DNA from: Eledone cirrhosa
Lineage: Eukaryota
Assembly: GCA_964016885.1 (NCBI GenBank)
Contig: OZ024755.1
Coordinates: 42,408,001 to 42,472,000 of the forward strand
Direction of reading: 5' to 3'
Length of the DNA: 64,000 nucleotides
The number at the start of each line of letters is the position of its first letter. The stretch's first letter is position 1. The position numbers and the translations under genes were made by a program. Below are positions 13,990 through 28,500 of this stretch, one piece after another. The notes below the pieces were generated by a model. It searched no databases. It was not told the DNA's origin and saw nothing but the letters and a program-made list of their open reading frames with translations.

Positions 13990-14005
13990 CATCTATATTA
14001 AAACT

Positions 14006-14318
14006 ATATATATATGTATATATATGTATGTATATGTATATATATATATATATGTGTGTATATATATGTATGTATATATATATATATATATGTATGTATA
14101 TATATATATGTGTATGTATATATATATATGTGTATGTATATATATATATGTGTATGTATATATATATATGTGTATGTATATATATATGTGTATGTATATA
14201 TATATGTGTATGTATATATATATATGTATATATATGTGTATATATATATATGTATATATATATGTGTATATATATATATGTATGTATATATATATATATA
14301 TGTATGTATATATGTATG

Positions 14319-14415
<97 letters not shown>

Positions 14416-14423
14416 GTATTTAT

Positions 14424-14478
<55 letters not shown>

Positions 14479-14524
14479 TGTATGTATATATATTTATGTA
14501 TGTATATATATTTATATATGTATG

Positions 14525-14610
<86 letters not shown>

Positions 14611-14657
14611 TGTATGTATATATATATGTATGTATATGTATGTATATATATATGTAT

Positions 14658-14695
<38 letters not shown>

Positions 14696-14698
14696 ATA

Positions 14699-14729
<31 letters not shown>

Positions 14730-14921
14730 GTTTATATGTATATATATGTTTATATGTATATATATGTATATATGTATATATATGTATATATGTATATATA
14801 TGTATATATGTATATATGTGTATATATGTATATATGTATATATATGTATATATATATGTATATATGTATATATATATATATATGTATATATGTATATATG
14901 TATATATATATATATATATGT
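14006..14921. repeat. (TA)n/(TATG)n compound microsatellite
   Basis: Direct reading. Confidence 0.97.
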
Positions 14922-17900
14922 ATGGCCGCCGCTGACACCAGACCAGGTGTCATACCGACAGCCATTACTGGCACCCCAAAAGTCACACCAGTGCTGCTGC
15001 TGAATGTCAGGGGCCTGGTGAAACTCAGCAACATGAGTAAAATTTCCTACCTGGGAGACTTAGCCATAAGCAATCAAGCACTATGCATGGCACTAACCGA
15101 AACGCACCTGACAAGCAGTATAGCAGATGCAGAAATACATATACCGAAATATACTGTATTTCGTTCGGACAGGAAGGAGAGAACTCATGGTGGGGTTGCT
15201 CTGTATATCCGTGAAGATGTCACACCAATTGTACTGTTGACACATTCAAACTCAGTCTGTGACACACTGATAATACATATGAAGCAACTACAGACGGTAA
15301 TATGTGTCACATATCGGCCGCCCGATGACCCCAGTATTGAGGGTAAATTTGAGGATAGCCTAAGTAGGATAGAAGAAGTCCTTGACAAACTGGACCAGGG
15401 TCTCAACATCCTACTGCTGGGAGACTTCAACCTACCAAAGGTCAAATGGCCTGAGGGCCACCTCCTCCCTGGAATGACGTCAATAGAACAGAGACAGACG
15501 GAATCCCTGCTGGCCCTCACACACAGGCTGTTCATGGAGCAAGCAATACTCCTCCCAACAAGAGGCGAAAATGTCCTGGACCTCTGTTTTACAAACAACG
15601 AAGTGCTCATCCACAATGTAAAGGTGACACCAACAATTCTCTCGGATCATAACTTGGTAGAGCTAATGATATGTGGTCCAAGAGAACCAACAGAGACAAA
15701 ACCACCAAGAAGCTCCGGGACGCTATCCAGCCTTAACTTCTACGGGGCTGACTGGAAGAAGATTAAGAGTGAAATCCGGAAGCAAACATGGAGTGCAAAC
15801 ATCGCCACACAAGACACTAACACACAATTTCAACACTTCATGACAACGATACACACCATATGCAAAAAGTGTGTCCCGGAGAAAGAGGCAAACAGACACA
15901 AAAATCTTATTCCCAGAGATAGGAAAATCCTTATGAGACGTAGAACTAAACTCTCAAACCAGTTGAATAGTCAACAAAACCAAAACAAGAAGGAATCCTA
16001 TTTGAAACGTGCACTACTTGACACCGAGATTGCACTCAAGCTTTCACATGAGAATGAGAGGGCAAGGAAAGAGAACAGGGCCATAGAAAACATTAAAACA
16101 AACCCTAAGGCCTTCTTTAAATTTGCAAAAGAAACTGCCTCAGTACACTGCAAGATTGGACCACTCTTCCACACGGACGGTTCATTAACCGAAAATCCCC
16201 AAGAGATATGTGAAATACTGAACGAACAGTACAAAAGTGTCTTCACATGTCCACTGAGGCACATGCAAATAACGAAGCCAGAGGAGTTCTTTGATGCCAC
16301 AACACTACATCAAGAAATGGCAACCATCAACCACATAGACATAACGGAGGAGGATGTGGTGTACGCCATTGATGAAATTAGAACAGACTCGGCTGCTGGA
16401 CCTGATGGATTCCCAGCAGTTCTCCTAAAAATATGTAAGCGGGCCTTAGCAACTCCACTGAAGATGCTCTTCAGAAGCTCCTTGGCTAGCGGTGTACTAC
16501 CCAGGGAGCTGAAAGAAGGCACAATATGCCCTATCCATAAAGGAGGTAGTAGAGCGGAGGCCAAGAACTATAGGCCAGTCTCCCTGACGTCGCATATCAG
16601 TAAGGTCATGGAGCGAGTTGTCAGAAAGAAACTAATCACTTTCCTCGAAGAAAATGACCGCCTGACTAGCACGCAACATGGCTTCCGCCCAGGAAGAAGC
16701 TGCCTTACACAGCTGCTACATCACTACGACTGGGTACTGAGACAGCTACTAGACAGCTCACTTGTAGACGTGATATATCTTGACTTTGCGAAGGCCTTTG
16801 ACAAGGTCGACCACGGAATGATATGTCACAAACTACACGGACTCGGCATAACTGGAAAAGTAGGTGAGTGGCTGCATGGCTTCCTGAGGGACAGAAGCCA
16901 GGCAGTCGCAGCAAATGGGGCCCTCTCGAGGGAGACACCGATAACAAGTGGGGTGCCTCAGGGGACAGTCCTGGGACCACTACTGTTTTTGGTGGCTCTC
17001 TCGGACATGCCCTCTGTGGTGCAAGCAACAACATCCCTCACTAGCTTTGCTGATGACACTAAGGTAGCACAGGCAATCAAAAACCCGGCTGACGCTGCCC
17101 TCTTACAGCAGGATCTGGATGCCATATACAGATGGGCGGAAGAAAACAACATGCAGTTTAATGCTGGCAAATTCCAAGCCCTACAATACAAACCTGCAAA
17201 CACAAACACAAATATAGCGGAACGCAGCTACACAGGACCAGGAGGGACCGATATCCCCGTGTCAAAATCGATACGAGACCTGGGCATAGACATGAGCGAT
17301 GATGCATCTTTTTCTTCACACATCATGAAGGTGGCGACAGCATGTAGACGATTCGCTGGCTGGATCTTGAGGACTTTCCTTACAAGAGATCGAGACACCA
17401 TGTTGACACTGTGGAGGACTTTTGTCCTAAGCCGCCTGGACTACTGCTCCCAGCTGTGGTCACCCCATAGTGTCAAACTAACCACAGAGCTTGAGGCAAT
17501 CCAGCGAAGCTACACCAAGAGGATTGCCAAGATGAGGGAGACAAGCTACTGGGAGAGGCTGAAGGAACTGAACCTCTACTCCTTGGAGCGAAGACGGGAG
17601 AGATACGCAGTGATCTACATGTGGAAAATCCTGGAGGGACTAGCACCAAACTTTGGCATTGGGAGCTGGACCAACTGTAGAACAGGACGTCACTGTGTGG
17701 TGCCAAAGGTCCCGTCTTCCACATCTAGAATAAGGAGCAGGTATTGCAATAGCCTGGGATTCAAGGGCCCTCAACTCTTCAACAGGCTGCCGAGGCATCT
17801 GCGAGACTTGCATGACGTGGAGGTGGATGTCTTTAAGAAACATCTCGACACCTTGTTATCCAGGATCCCGGATGAGCCCACAGCAAGACACGAGGGAAAC

Positions 17901-17963
17901 CTAAGGGCAGCAGCAACAAACTCCCTCCTACACCAGTGGCCAACCTGTACAGGCTGGAGATAA
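14922..17963 (+). CDS. LINE ORF2: apurinic-like endonuclease + reverse transcriptase (1013 aa; the first 298 aa of the 1311-aa track ORF are translated microsatellite)
   Basis: EN motifs LNVRGL, TETHL, GGVALY, YRPP, GDFN, PTR..N.LDL, SDH; RT motifs [58 protein letters not shown]; C-terminal [10 protein letters not shown]; no stops or frameshifts. Confidence 0.96.
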   Translation: MAAADTRPGVIPTAITGTPKVTPVLLLNVRGLVKLSNMSKISYLGDLAISNQALCMALTETHLTSSIADAEIHIPKYTVFRSDRKERTHGGVALYIREDVTPIVLLTHSNSVCDTLIIHMKQLQTVICVTYRPPDDPSIEGKFEDSLSRIEEVLDKLDQGLNILLLGDFNLPKVKWPEGHLLPGMTSIEQRQTESLLALTHRLFMEQAILLPTRGENVLDLCFTNNEVLIHNVKVTPTILSDHNLVELMICGPREPTETKPPRSSGTLSSLNFYGADWKKIKSEIRKQTWSANIATQDTNTQFQHFMTTIHTICKKCVPEKEANRHKNLIPRDRKILMRRRTKLSNQLNSQQNQNKKESYLKRALLDTEIALKLSHENERARKENRAIENIKTNPKAFFKFAKETASVHCKIGPLFHTDGSLTENPQEICEILNEQYKSVFTCPLRHMQITKPEEFFDATTLHQEMATINHIDITEEDVVYAIDEIRTDSAAGPDGFPAVLLKICKRALATPLKMLFRSSLASGVLPRELKEGTICPIHKGGSRAEAKNYRPVSLTSHISKVMERVVRKKLITFLEENDRLTSTQHGFRPGRSCLTQLLHHYDWVLRQLLDSSLVDVIYLDFAKAFDKVDHGMICHKLHGLGITGKVGEWLHGFLRDRSQAVAANGALSRETPITSGVPQGTVLGPLLFLVALSDMPSVVQATTSLTSFADDTKVAQAIKNPADAALLQQDLDAIYRWAEENNMQFNAGKFQALQYKPANTNTNIAERSYTGPGGTDIPVSKSIRDLGIDMSDDASFSSHIMKVATACRRFAGWILRTFLTRDRDTMLTLWRTFVLSRLDYCSQLWSPHSVKLTTELEAIQRSYTKRIAKMRETSYWERLKELNLYSLERRRERYAVIYMWKILEGLAPNFGIGSWTNCRTGRHCVVPKVPSSTSRIRSRYCNSLGFKGPQLFNRLPRHLRDLHDVEVDVFKKHLDTLLSRIPDEPTARHEGNLRAAATNSLLHQWPTCTGWR

Positions 17964-18046
17964 AATGTGTAGCAACAAGGGCGGTGCCCCAGCATGGCCT
18001 CAGCCGGATGGCTGAAACAGGTAAAGAGTAAAAGAGTAAAAGAGTA
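14922..18046 (+). mobile_element. Non-LTR retrotransposon (LINE, probably CR1/L2 group), ORF2 plus short 3' UTR, no ORF1
   Basis: APE-RT ORF; 3' UTR hairpin TCAGCC-ggat-GGCTGA (18000-18015) and short tandem tail (GTAAAAGA)n at ~18021-18046; flanked by (TA)n on both sides. Clade assignment is tentative. Confidence 0.92.
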
Positions 18047-18056
18047 TGTATATATG

Positions 18057-18090
<34 letters not shown>

Positions 18091-18102
18091 TATGTATATA
18101 TG

Positions 18103-18167
<65 letters not shown>

Positions 18168-18186
18168 GTATATATATGTATATATG

Positions 18187-18219
<33 letters not shown>

Positions 18220-18305
18220 GTATATATATGTATATATGTATATATATATAATGTATATATGTATATATGTATATATATGTATATATGTATATATGTATAT
18301 ATATA

Positions 18306-18350
<45 letters not shown>

Positions 18351-18363
18351 ATATGTATATATA

Positions 18364-18419
<56 letters not shown>

Positions 18420-18534
18420 ATATTTATAATGTATATATATATATATGTATATATGTATATTGTATATATATATATATGTATATATGTATATATGTATATA
18501 TATATATATGTATATATGTATATATGTATATATG

Positions 18535-18569
<35 letters not shown>

Positions 18570-18837
18570 GTATATATGTATATATATGTATATATGTATA
18601 TATGTATATATGTATATATATATATGTATATATGTATATATATATATGTATATATGTATATATATATATGTATATATATATATATTTAATATGTGTGTAT
18701 ATATATATGTAATATGTGTATATATATATATGTATATATGTATATATATATATGTAATATGTATATATATATATATGTAATATGTATATATATATATATA
18801 TATGTAATATGTATATATATATATATGTAATATGTAT

Positions 18838-18871
<34 letters not shown>

Positions 18872-19683
18872 GTATATTTATATATATGTATATATATATA
18901 TGTATATATATATATATTATATATGTATATTTATATATATGTATATATATATATGTATATGTATGTATATATATATATGTATGTATTATATATATGTATA
19001 TATATATATGTATGTATTATATATATGTATATATATATATATATATGTATGTATAATATATATGTATATATATACGTGTATGTATATATATATATGTGTA
19101 TATATGTGTATGCTATATATATGTATATATATATATGTATTATATATATATGTATATATATATGTATTTATATATATATGTATATATATATGTATTTATA
19201 TATATATGTATATATATGTATTTATATTATATGTATATATATATATGTATATGTATATATATGTATATGTATATATATAATGTATATATATGTATATGTT
19301 ATATATATATATGTATATATATGTATATGTATATATATATATGTATATATATGTATATTATATGTATATATATGTATATATATTGTATATATATATATAT
19401 ATATGTATATATATGTATTTATATGTATATATATGTATATATATGTATATATATGTATATATGTATATATATATATATGTATATATATGTATATATATGT
19501 ATATATATATATATGTATATATATGTATATATATGTATATATATATATATATGTATATATATGTATATATATGTATATATATGTATATATATGTATATAT
19601 ATGTATATATATATGTATATATATATATATATGTATATATATGTATATATATGTATATATATGTATATATATATATAAATATG

Positions 19684-19715
<32 letters not shown>

Positions 19716-19826
19716 TGTATATATATGTATATATATATGTATATATGTATATATATATGTATATATATATATATATATGTATATAATATATATATATGTA
19801 TATATATTATATATGTATGTATATAT

Positions 19827-19921
<95 letters not shown>

Positions 19922-19962
19922 ATATATATATATATGTATGTATATATATATATGTATGTATG

Positions 19963-20026
<64 letters not shown>

Positions 20027-20108
20027 TATATGTATGTATGTATATATATATGTATGTATGTATATATATATATGTATGTATATATATGTGTATATATATA
20101 TATGTATG

Positions 20109-20141
<33 letters not shown>

Positions 20142-20265
20142 GTATGTATATGTATGTATGTATATATGTATGTATATGTATGTATATATATGTATGTATG
20201 TATATATATATATCGTGTATGTATATATATGTATGTATATATATATATGTGTATGTATATATATG

Positions 20266-20298
<33 letters not shown>

Positions 20299-20310
20299 AT
20301 GTATGTATAT

Positions 20311-20387
<77 letters not shown>

Positions 20388-20419
20388 TAATATAAGTATG
20401 TATATGTATGTATGTATAT

Positions 20420-20453
<34 letters not shown>

Positions 20454-20458
20454 GTATT

Positions 20459-20489
<31 letters not shown>

Positions 20490-20528
20490 TGTATATATAT
20501 GTATGTATAATATATGTATGTATATATT

Positions 20529-20562
<34 letters not shown>

Positions 20563-20733
20563 GTATATATGTATATATGTATATATATGTATATATGTAT
20601 ATATATGTATATATGTATATATATGTATATATGTATATATGTATATATATGTATATATGTATATGTATATATATGTATATATATATATGTATATATGTAT
20701 ATATATATATATATATGTATATTATTATATATG

Positions 20734-20790
<57 letters not shown>

Positions 20791-20941
20791 GTATAAATGT
20801 ATATGTATATATGTATATATATATATATGTATATAATATATATGTGTATATATGTATATGTATATATGTATATATATATATATGTATATATGTATATATA
20901 TATATATGTATATATATATATACATGTATATATATATATAT

Positions 20942-20972
<31 letters not shown>

Positions 20973-21112
20973 GTATATATGTATATATATATATATATAT
21001 ATGTATATATAATGTATATATATATATATACGTATATGTATATATGATATGTATATATATACTATATATGTATGTATATGTATATATGTATAATATATAT
21101 ATATGTATATAA
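18047..21112. repeat. ~3 kb (TA)n/(TATG)n compound microsatellite
   Basis: Direct reading. Confidence 0.97.
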
Positions 21113-21177
21113 AGGACGTAAATAAGAAAATATTTTTTTTAAAAAATTTAAAAAAATTTTTTTCTACTTAAATTTTC

Positions 21178-21260
21178 ACTCCAACTAATTAGTTTCTGCA
21201 ATGGGATAAAGGACAGTTACGTAATCCAACTGTCGAGAATTCATTGCGTCATCAGGAAGT
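21178..21260 (-). ncRNA. Type I hammerhead ribozyme (mirror copy)
   Basis: Reverse complement of 22011-22092 with one extra base in the stem II extension. Confidence 0.82.
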
Positions 21261-22010
21261 CTATTCTCAGTTAAGTCTCCAGGCAATGCGCGGACACTGG
21301 CGGCTCATATAAAAATAATAATAATTCGGTAGATCGAACAGCTTGCGAGGACTGGAATCTATGTACCGAAATTCTCACTGCTTCAAGTCAAATGGCCGAT
21401 TCTAAAGAATCAATCACGTGACACAGAGGCTAGTTAGAAGGAATGGGATGGTAAGATGACTGACGCCTACTAACACCCCAAAAAAATTTTTTTAGAAGTG
21501 GTTTTGACAAGTTTGCTCGACAAATCAGTGATTTGGAGATAAATATAGATAATTTAATATATCAACTAACATAAGCGCACAGATGCACGCCCATTGCCAG
21601 CAAATACACAATTGTTCTGCATTCTCCTGCATTGAACCACCTAGGTACTATGACATAACCTGTGTATTTGCTGGCATGGGCGTGCATCTGTGCGCTTATG
21701 TTAGTTGATATATTAAATTATCTATATTTATCTCCAAATCACTGATTTGTCGAGCAAACTTGTCAAAACCACTTCTAAAAAAATTTTTTTTGGGGTGTTA
21801 GTAGGCGTCAGTCATCTTACCATCCCATTCCTTCTAACTAGCCTCTGTGTCACGTGATTGATTCTTTAGAATCGGCCATTTGACTTGAAGCAGTGAGAAT
21901 TTCGGTACATAGATTCCAGTCCTCGCAAGCTGTTCGATCTACCGAATTATTATTATTTTTATATGAGCCGCCAGTGTCCGCGCATTGCCTGGAGACTTAA
22001 CTGAGAATAG

Positions 22011-22092
22011 ACTTCCTGATGACGCAATGAATTCTCGACAGTTGGATTACGTAACTGTCTTTATCCCATTGCAGAAACTAATTAGTTGGAGT
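22011..22092 (+). ncRNA. Type I hammerhead ribozyme with extended stem II
   Basis: Stem I ACTTC/GGAGT; core CTGATGA (22016-22022); C.A mismatch then GCAATG/CATTGC and distal GACAGTT/AACTGTC; GAAA (22074-22077); palindromic stem III AACTAATTAGTT; GUU cleavage triplet. Confidence 0.85.
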
Positions 22093-22159
22093 GAAAATTT
22101 AAGTAAGAAAAAAATTTTTTTTAAATTTTAAAAAAAAATATTTTCTTATTTTACGTCCT

Positions 22160-22294
22160 ATATATGTATATATGTATATGTATATATATATATATGTATA
22201 TATGTATATGTATATGTATATATGTATATATATATATATATGTATATATGTATATATATATATATGGATATATATATATATATGTATATATGTA

Positions 22295-22339
<45 letters not shown>

Positions 22340-22360
22340 ATATATGTATATATGTATATA
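22160..22360. repeat. (TA)n/(TATG)n microsatellite running into the gap
   Basis: Direct reading. Confidence 0.95.
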
Positions 22361-22560
22361 NNNNNNNNNNNNNNNNNNNNNNNNNNNNNNNNNNNNNNNN
22401 NNNNNNNNNNNNNNNNNNNNNNNNNNNNNNNNNNNNNNNNNNNNNNNNNNNNNNNNNNNNNNNNNNNNNNNNNNNNNNNNNNNNNNNNNNNNNNNNNNNN
22501 NNNNNNNNNNNNNNNNNNNNNNNNNNNNNNNNNNNNNNNNNNNNNNNNNNNNNNNNNNNN
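22361..22560. other. Assembly gap (200 N)
   Basis: Round-number N run typical of a scaffolding join; true distance and adjacency unknown. Confidence 0.98.
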
Positions 22561-25500
22561 AGAGTGTCACACATGTCTAGGGCAGTGGATTGACAGTAAT
22601 AGGTAGTCACACATGTCTAGGGCAGTGGACTGACAGTAATTGGTAGAGTGTTACACATGTCTAGGGCAGTGGACTGACAGTAATTGGTAGAGTGTCACAC
22701 ATGTCTAGGGCCGTGGATTGACAGTAATTGGTAGAGTGTCACACATGTCTAGGGCGCTGGACTGACAGTAATTGGTAGAGTGTCACACATGTCTAGGGCA
22801 GTGGACTGACAGTAATTGGTAGAGTGTCACACATGTCTAGGGCAGTGGATTGACAGTAATTGGTAGAGTGTCACACATGTCTAGGGCAGTGGATTGACAG
22901 TAATTGGTAGAGTGTCACACATGTCTAGGGCAGTGGATTGACAGTAATAGGTAGTCACACATGTCTAGGGCAGTGGACTGACAGTAATTGGTAGAGTGTT
23001 ACACATGTCTAGGGCAGTGGACTGACAGTAATTGGTAGAGTGTCACACATGTCTAGGGCAGTGGATTGACAGTAATTGGTAGTCACACATGTCTAGGGCA
23101 GTGGATTGACAGTAATTGGTAGTCACACATGTCTAGGGCGGTGGGTTGACAGTAATTGGTAGAGTGTCACACATGTCTAGGGCAGTGGACTGACAGTAAT
23201 TGGTAGAGTGTCACACATGTCTAGGGCCGTGGATTGACAGTAATTGGTAGAGTGTCACACATGTCTAGGGCGCTGGACTGACAGTAATTGGTAGAGTGTC
23301 ACACATGTCTAGGGCAGTGGACTGACAGTAATTGGTAGAGTGTCACACATGTCTAGGGCGGTGGATTGACAGTAATTGGTAGAGTGTCACACATGTCTAG
23401 GGCAGTGGACTGACAGTAATTGGTAGAGTGTCACACATGTCTAGGGCAGTGGACTGACAGTAATTGGTAGAGTGTCACACATGTCTAGGGCAGTGGATTG
23501 ACAGTAATTGGTAGAGTGTCACACATGTCTAGGGCGGTGGACTGACAGTAATTGGTAGTCACACATGTCTAGGGCAGTGGACTGACAGTAATTGGTAGAG
23601 TGTCACACATGTCTAGGGCAGTGGACTGACAGTAATTGGTAGAGTGTCACACATGTCTAGGGCGGTGGATTGACAGTAATTGGTAGTCACACATGTCTAG
23701 GGCAGTGGACTGACAGTAATTGGTAGCGTGTCACACATGTCTAGGGCGGTGGATTGACAGTAATTGGTAGAGTGTCACACATGTCTAGGGCGGTGGATTG
23801 ACAGTAATTGGTAGTCACACATGTCTAGGGCAGTGGATTGACAGTAATTGGTAGAGTGTCACACATGTCTAGGGCAGTGGATTGACAGTAATTGGTAGAG
23901 TGTCACACATGTCTAGGGCAGTGGACTGACAGTAATTGGTAGAGTGTCAGACATGTCTAGGGCAGTAGACTGACAGTAATTGGTAGAGTGTCACACATGT
24001 CTAGGGCAGTGGATTGACAGTAATTGGTAGAGTGTCACACATGTCTAGGGCAGTGGATTGACAGTAATTGGTAGAGTGTCACACATGTCTAGGGCAGTGG
24101 ATTGACAGTAATTGGTAGAGTGTCACACATGTCTAGGGCAGTGGATTGACAGTAATTGGTAGAGTGTCACACATGTCTAGGGCAGTGGATTGACAGTAAT
24201 TGGTAGAGTGTCACACATGTCTAGGGCAGTGGATTGACAGTAATTGGTAGAGTGTCACACATGTCTAGGGCAGTGGACTGACAGTAATTGGTAGAGTGTC
24301 ACACATGTCTAGGGCAGTGGACTGACAGTAATTGGTAGAGTGTCACACATGTCTAGGGCAGTGGATTGACAGTAATTGGTAGAGTGTCACACATGTCTAA
24401 GGCAGTGGATTGACAGTAATTGGTAGAGTGTCACACATGTCTAGGGCAGTGGATTGACAGTAATTGGTAGAGTGTCACACATGTCTAGGGCAGTGGATTG
24501 ACAGTAATTGGTAGTCACACATGTCTAGGGCAGTGGACTGACAGTAATTGGTAGAGTGTCACACATGTCTAGGGCAGTGGACTGACAGTAATTGGTAGAG
24601 TGTCACACATGTCTAGGGCAGTGGATTGACAGTAATTGGTAGTCACACATGTCTAGGGCAGTGGATTGATAGTAATTGGTAGAGTGTCACACATGTCTAG
24701 GGCAGTGGACTGACAGTAATTGGTAGAGTGTCACACATGTCTAGGGCAGTGGATTGACAGTAATTGGTAGAGTGTCACACATGTCTAGGGCAGTGGACTG
24801 ACAGTAATTGGTAGAGTGTCACACATGTCTAGGGCAGTGGATTGACAGTAATTGGTAGAGTGTCACACATGTCTAGGGCAGTGGACTGACAGTAATTGGT
24901 AGAGTGTCACACATGTCTAGGGCGGTGGGTTGACAGTAATTGGTAGAGTGTCACACATGTCTAGGGCAGTGGATTGACAGTAATTGGTAGAGTGTCACAC
25001 ATGTTTAGGGCGGTGGGTTGACAGTAATTGGTAGAGTGTCAGACATGTCTAGGGCGGTGGATTGACAGTAATTGGTAGTCACACATGTCTAGGGCAGTGG
25101 ACTGACAGTAATTGGTAGAGTGTCACACATGTCTAGGGCAGTGGATTGACAGTAATTGGTAGAGTGTCACACATGTCTAGGGCAGTGGATTGACAGTAAT
25201 TGGTAGTCACACATGTCTAGGGCAGTGGACTGACAGTAATTGGTAGAGTGTCAGACATGTCTAGGGCAGTGGATTGACAGTAATTGGTAGTCACACATGT
25301 CTAGGGCAGTGGACTGACAGTAATTGGTAGAGTGTCACACATGTCTAGGGCAGTGGACTGACAGTAATTGGTAGAGTGTCACACATGTCTAGGGCAGTGG
25401 ATTGACAGTAATTGGTAGAGTGTCACACATGTCTAGGGCAGTGGATTGACAGTAATTGGTAGAGTGTCACACATGTCTAGGGCAGTGGATTGACAGTAAT

Positions 25501-28500
25501 TGGTAGAGTGTCACACATGTCTAGGGCAGTGGATTGACAGTAATTGGTAGAGTGTCACACATATCTAGGGCAGTGGATTGACAGTAATTGGTAGAGTGTC
25601 ACACATGTCTAGGGCAGTGGATTGACAGTAATTGGTAGAGTGTCACACATGTCTAGGGCAGTGGACTGACAGTAATTGGTAGAGTGTCACACATGTCTAG
25701 GGCAGTGGACTGACAGTAATTGGTAGAGTGTCACACATGTCTAGGGCAGTGGATTGACAGTAATTGGTAGAGTGTCACACATGTCTAGGGCGGTGTATTG
25801 ACAGTAATTGGTAGTCACACATGTCTAGGGCAGTGGATTGACAGTAATTGGTAGAGTGTCACACATGTCTAGGGCAGTGGACTCACAGTAATTGGTAGAG
25901 TGTCACACATGTCTAGGGCGGTGGATTGACAGTAATTGGTAGTCACACATGTCTAGGGCAGTGGACTGACAGTAATTGGTAGAGTGTCACACATGTCTAG
26001 GGCGGTGGATTGACAGTAATTGGTAGTCACACATGTCTAGGGCAGTGGACTGACAGTAATTGGTAGAGTGTCACACATGTCTAGGGCAGTGGATTGACAG
26101 TAATTGGTAGAGTGTCACACATGTCTAGGGCAGTGGACTGACAGTAATTGGTAGAGTGTCACACATGTCTAGGGCAGTGGATTGACAGTAATTGGTAGAG
26201 TGTCACACATGTCTAGGGCAGTGGATTGACAGTAATTGGTAGAGTGTCACACATGTCTAGGGCGGTGGATTGACAGTAATTGGTAGTCACACATGTCTAG
26301 GGCAGTGGACTGACAGTAATTGGTAGTCACAGATGTCTAGGGCAGTGGACTGACAGTAATTGGTAGAGTGTCACACATGTCTAGGGCAGTGGATTGACAG
26401 TAATTGGTAGAGTGTCACACATGTCTAGGGCAGTGGACTGACAGTAATTGGTAGAGTGTCACACATGTCTAGGGCGGTGGATTGACAGTAATTGGTAGTC
26501 ACACATGTCTAGGGCAGTGGACTGACAGTAATTGGTAGAGTGTCACACATGTCTAGGGCAGTGGATTGACAGTAATTGGTAGAGTGTCACACATGTCTAG
26601 GGCAGTGGACTGACAGTAATTGGTAGAGTGTCACACATGTCTAGGGCAGTGGATTGACAGTAATTGGTAGAGTGTCACACATGTCTAGGGCAGTGGACTG
26701 ACAGTAATTGGTAGAGTGTCACACATGTCTAGGGCGGTGGATTGACAGTAATTGGTAGTCACACATGTCTAGGGCAGTGGACTGACAGTAATTGGTAGAG
26801 TGTCACACATGTCTAGGGCAGTGGATTGACACTAATTGGTAGAGTGTCACACATGTCTAGGGCAGTGGATTGACAGTAATTGGTAGAGTGTCACACATGT
26901 CTAGGGCAGTGGATTGACAGTAATTGGTAGTGTCACACATGTCTAGGGCAGTGGATTGACAGTAATTGGTAGAGTGTCACACATGTCTAGGGCAGTGGAT
27001 TGACAGTAATTGGTAGAGTGTCACACATGTCTAGGGCAGTGGATTGACAGTAATTGGTAGAGTGTCACACATGTCTAGGGCAGTGGACTGACAGTAATTG
27101 GTAGAGTGTCACACATGTCTAGGGCAGTGGACTGACAGTAATTGGTAGAGTGTCACACATGTCTAGGGCAGTGGGTTGACAGTAATCGGTAGAGTGTCAC
27201 ACATGTCTAGGGCAGTGGATTGACAGTAATTGGTAGAGTGTCACACATGTCTAGGGCAGTGGACTGACAGTAATTGGTAGAGTGTCACACATGTCTAGGG
27301 CAGTGGACAGACAGTAATTGGTAGAGTGTCACACATGTCTAGGGCAGTAGGTTGACAGTAATCGGTAGAGTGTCACACATGTCTAGGGCAGTGGGTTGAC
27401 AGTAATTGGTAGAGTGTCACACATGTCTAGGGCGGTGTATTGACAGTAATTGGTAGTCACACATGTCTAGGGCAGTGGATTGACAGTAATTGGTAGAGTG
27501 TCACACATGTCTAGGGCAGTGGATTGACAGTAATTGGTAGAGTGTCACACATGTCTAGGGCAGTGGACTGACAGTAATTGGTAGAGTGTCACACATGTCT
27601 AGGGCGGTGGATTGACAGTAATTGGTAGTCACACATGTCTAGGGCAGTGGACTGACAGTAATTGGTAGAGTGTCACACATGTCTAGGGCAGTGGATTGAC
27701 AGTAATTGGTAGAGTGTCACACATGTCTAGGGCAGTGGACTGACAGTAATTGGTAGAGTGTCACACATGTCTAGGGCAGTGGATTGACAGTAATTGGTAG
27801 AGTGTCACACATGTCTAGGGCAGTGGATTGACAGTAATTGGTAGAGTGTCACACATGTCTAGGGCGGTTCATTGACAGTAATTGGTAGTCACACATGTCT
27901 AGGGCAGTGGACTGACAGTAATTGGTAGTCACACATGTCTAGTGCAGTGGACTGACAGTAATTGGTAGAGTGTCACACATGTCTAGGGCAGTGGATTGAC
28001 AGTAATTGGTAGAGTGTCACACATGTCTAGGGCAGTGGACTGACAGTAATTGGTAGAGTGTCACACATGTCTAGGGCGGTGGATTGACAGTAATTGGTAG
28101 TCACACATGTCTAGGGCAGTGGACTGACAGTAATTGGTAGAGTGTCACACATGTCTAGGGCAGTGGATTGACAGTAATTGGTAGAGTGTCACACATGTCT
28201 AGGGCAGTGGACTGACAGTAATTGGTAGAGTGTCACACATGTCTAGGGCAGTGGATTGACAGTAATTGGTAGAGTGTCACACATGTCTAGGGCAGTGGAC
28301 TGACAGTAATTGGTAGAGTGTCACACATGTCTAGGGCGGTGGATTGACAGTAATTGGTAGTCACACATGTCTAGGGCAGTGGACTGACAGTAATTGGTAG
28401 AGTGTCACACATGTCTAGGGCAGTGGATTGACAGTAATTGGTAGAGTGTCACACATGTCTAGGGCAGTGGATTGACAGTAATTGGTAGAGTGTCACACAT

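Larger units (their letters stand above)
13550..14005 (+). mobile_element. Short PLE pLTR-like / retrozyme-like fragment ending in an HHR
   Basis: Unique island in (TA)n with CCAAT (13856-13860), TATAAATA (13910-13917) and an HHR at 13939-13989 just before (TA)n resumes. Confidence 0.7.
21113..22159. mobile_element. Second foldback element: ~500-bp inverted arms (21113-21610, 21661-22159) around a 50-nt spacer, each arm carrying an HHR; probably head-to-head PLE 3' ends
   Basis: AGGACGTAAATAAGAAAA...GCCAGCAAATACACA / TGTGTATTTGCTGGC...TTTTCTTATTTTACGTCCT; arms differ mainly by single-base indels. Confidence 0.88.

Noticed and set aside
15185-18087. Minus-strand ORFs within the LINE
   Set aside because: Antisense shadows of the RT ORF with no motifs.
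21113-22600. Functional link between the retroelement cluster and the satellite array
   Set aside because: They are separated by a 200-N scaffold gap, so adjacency is not shown by sequence.
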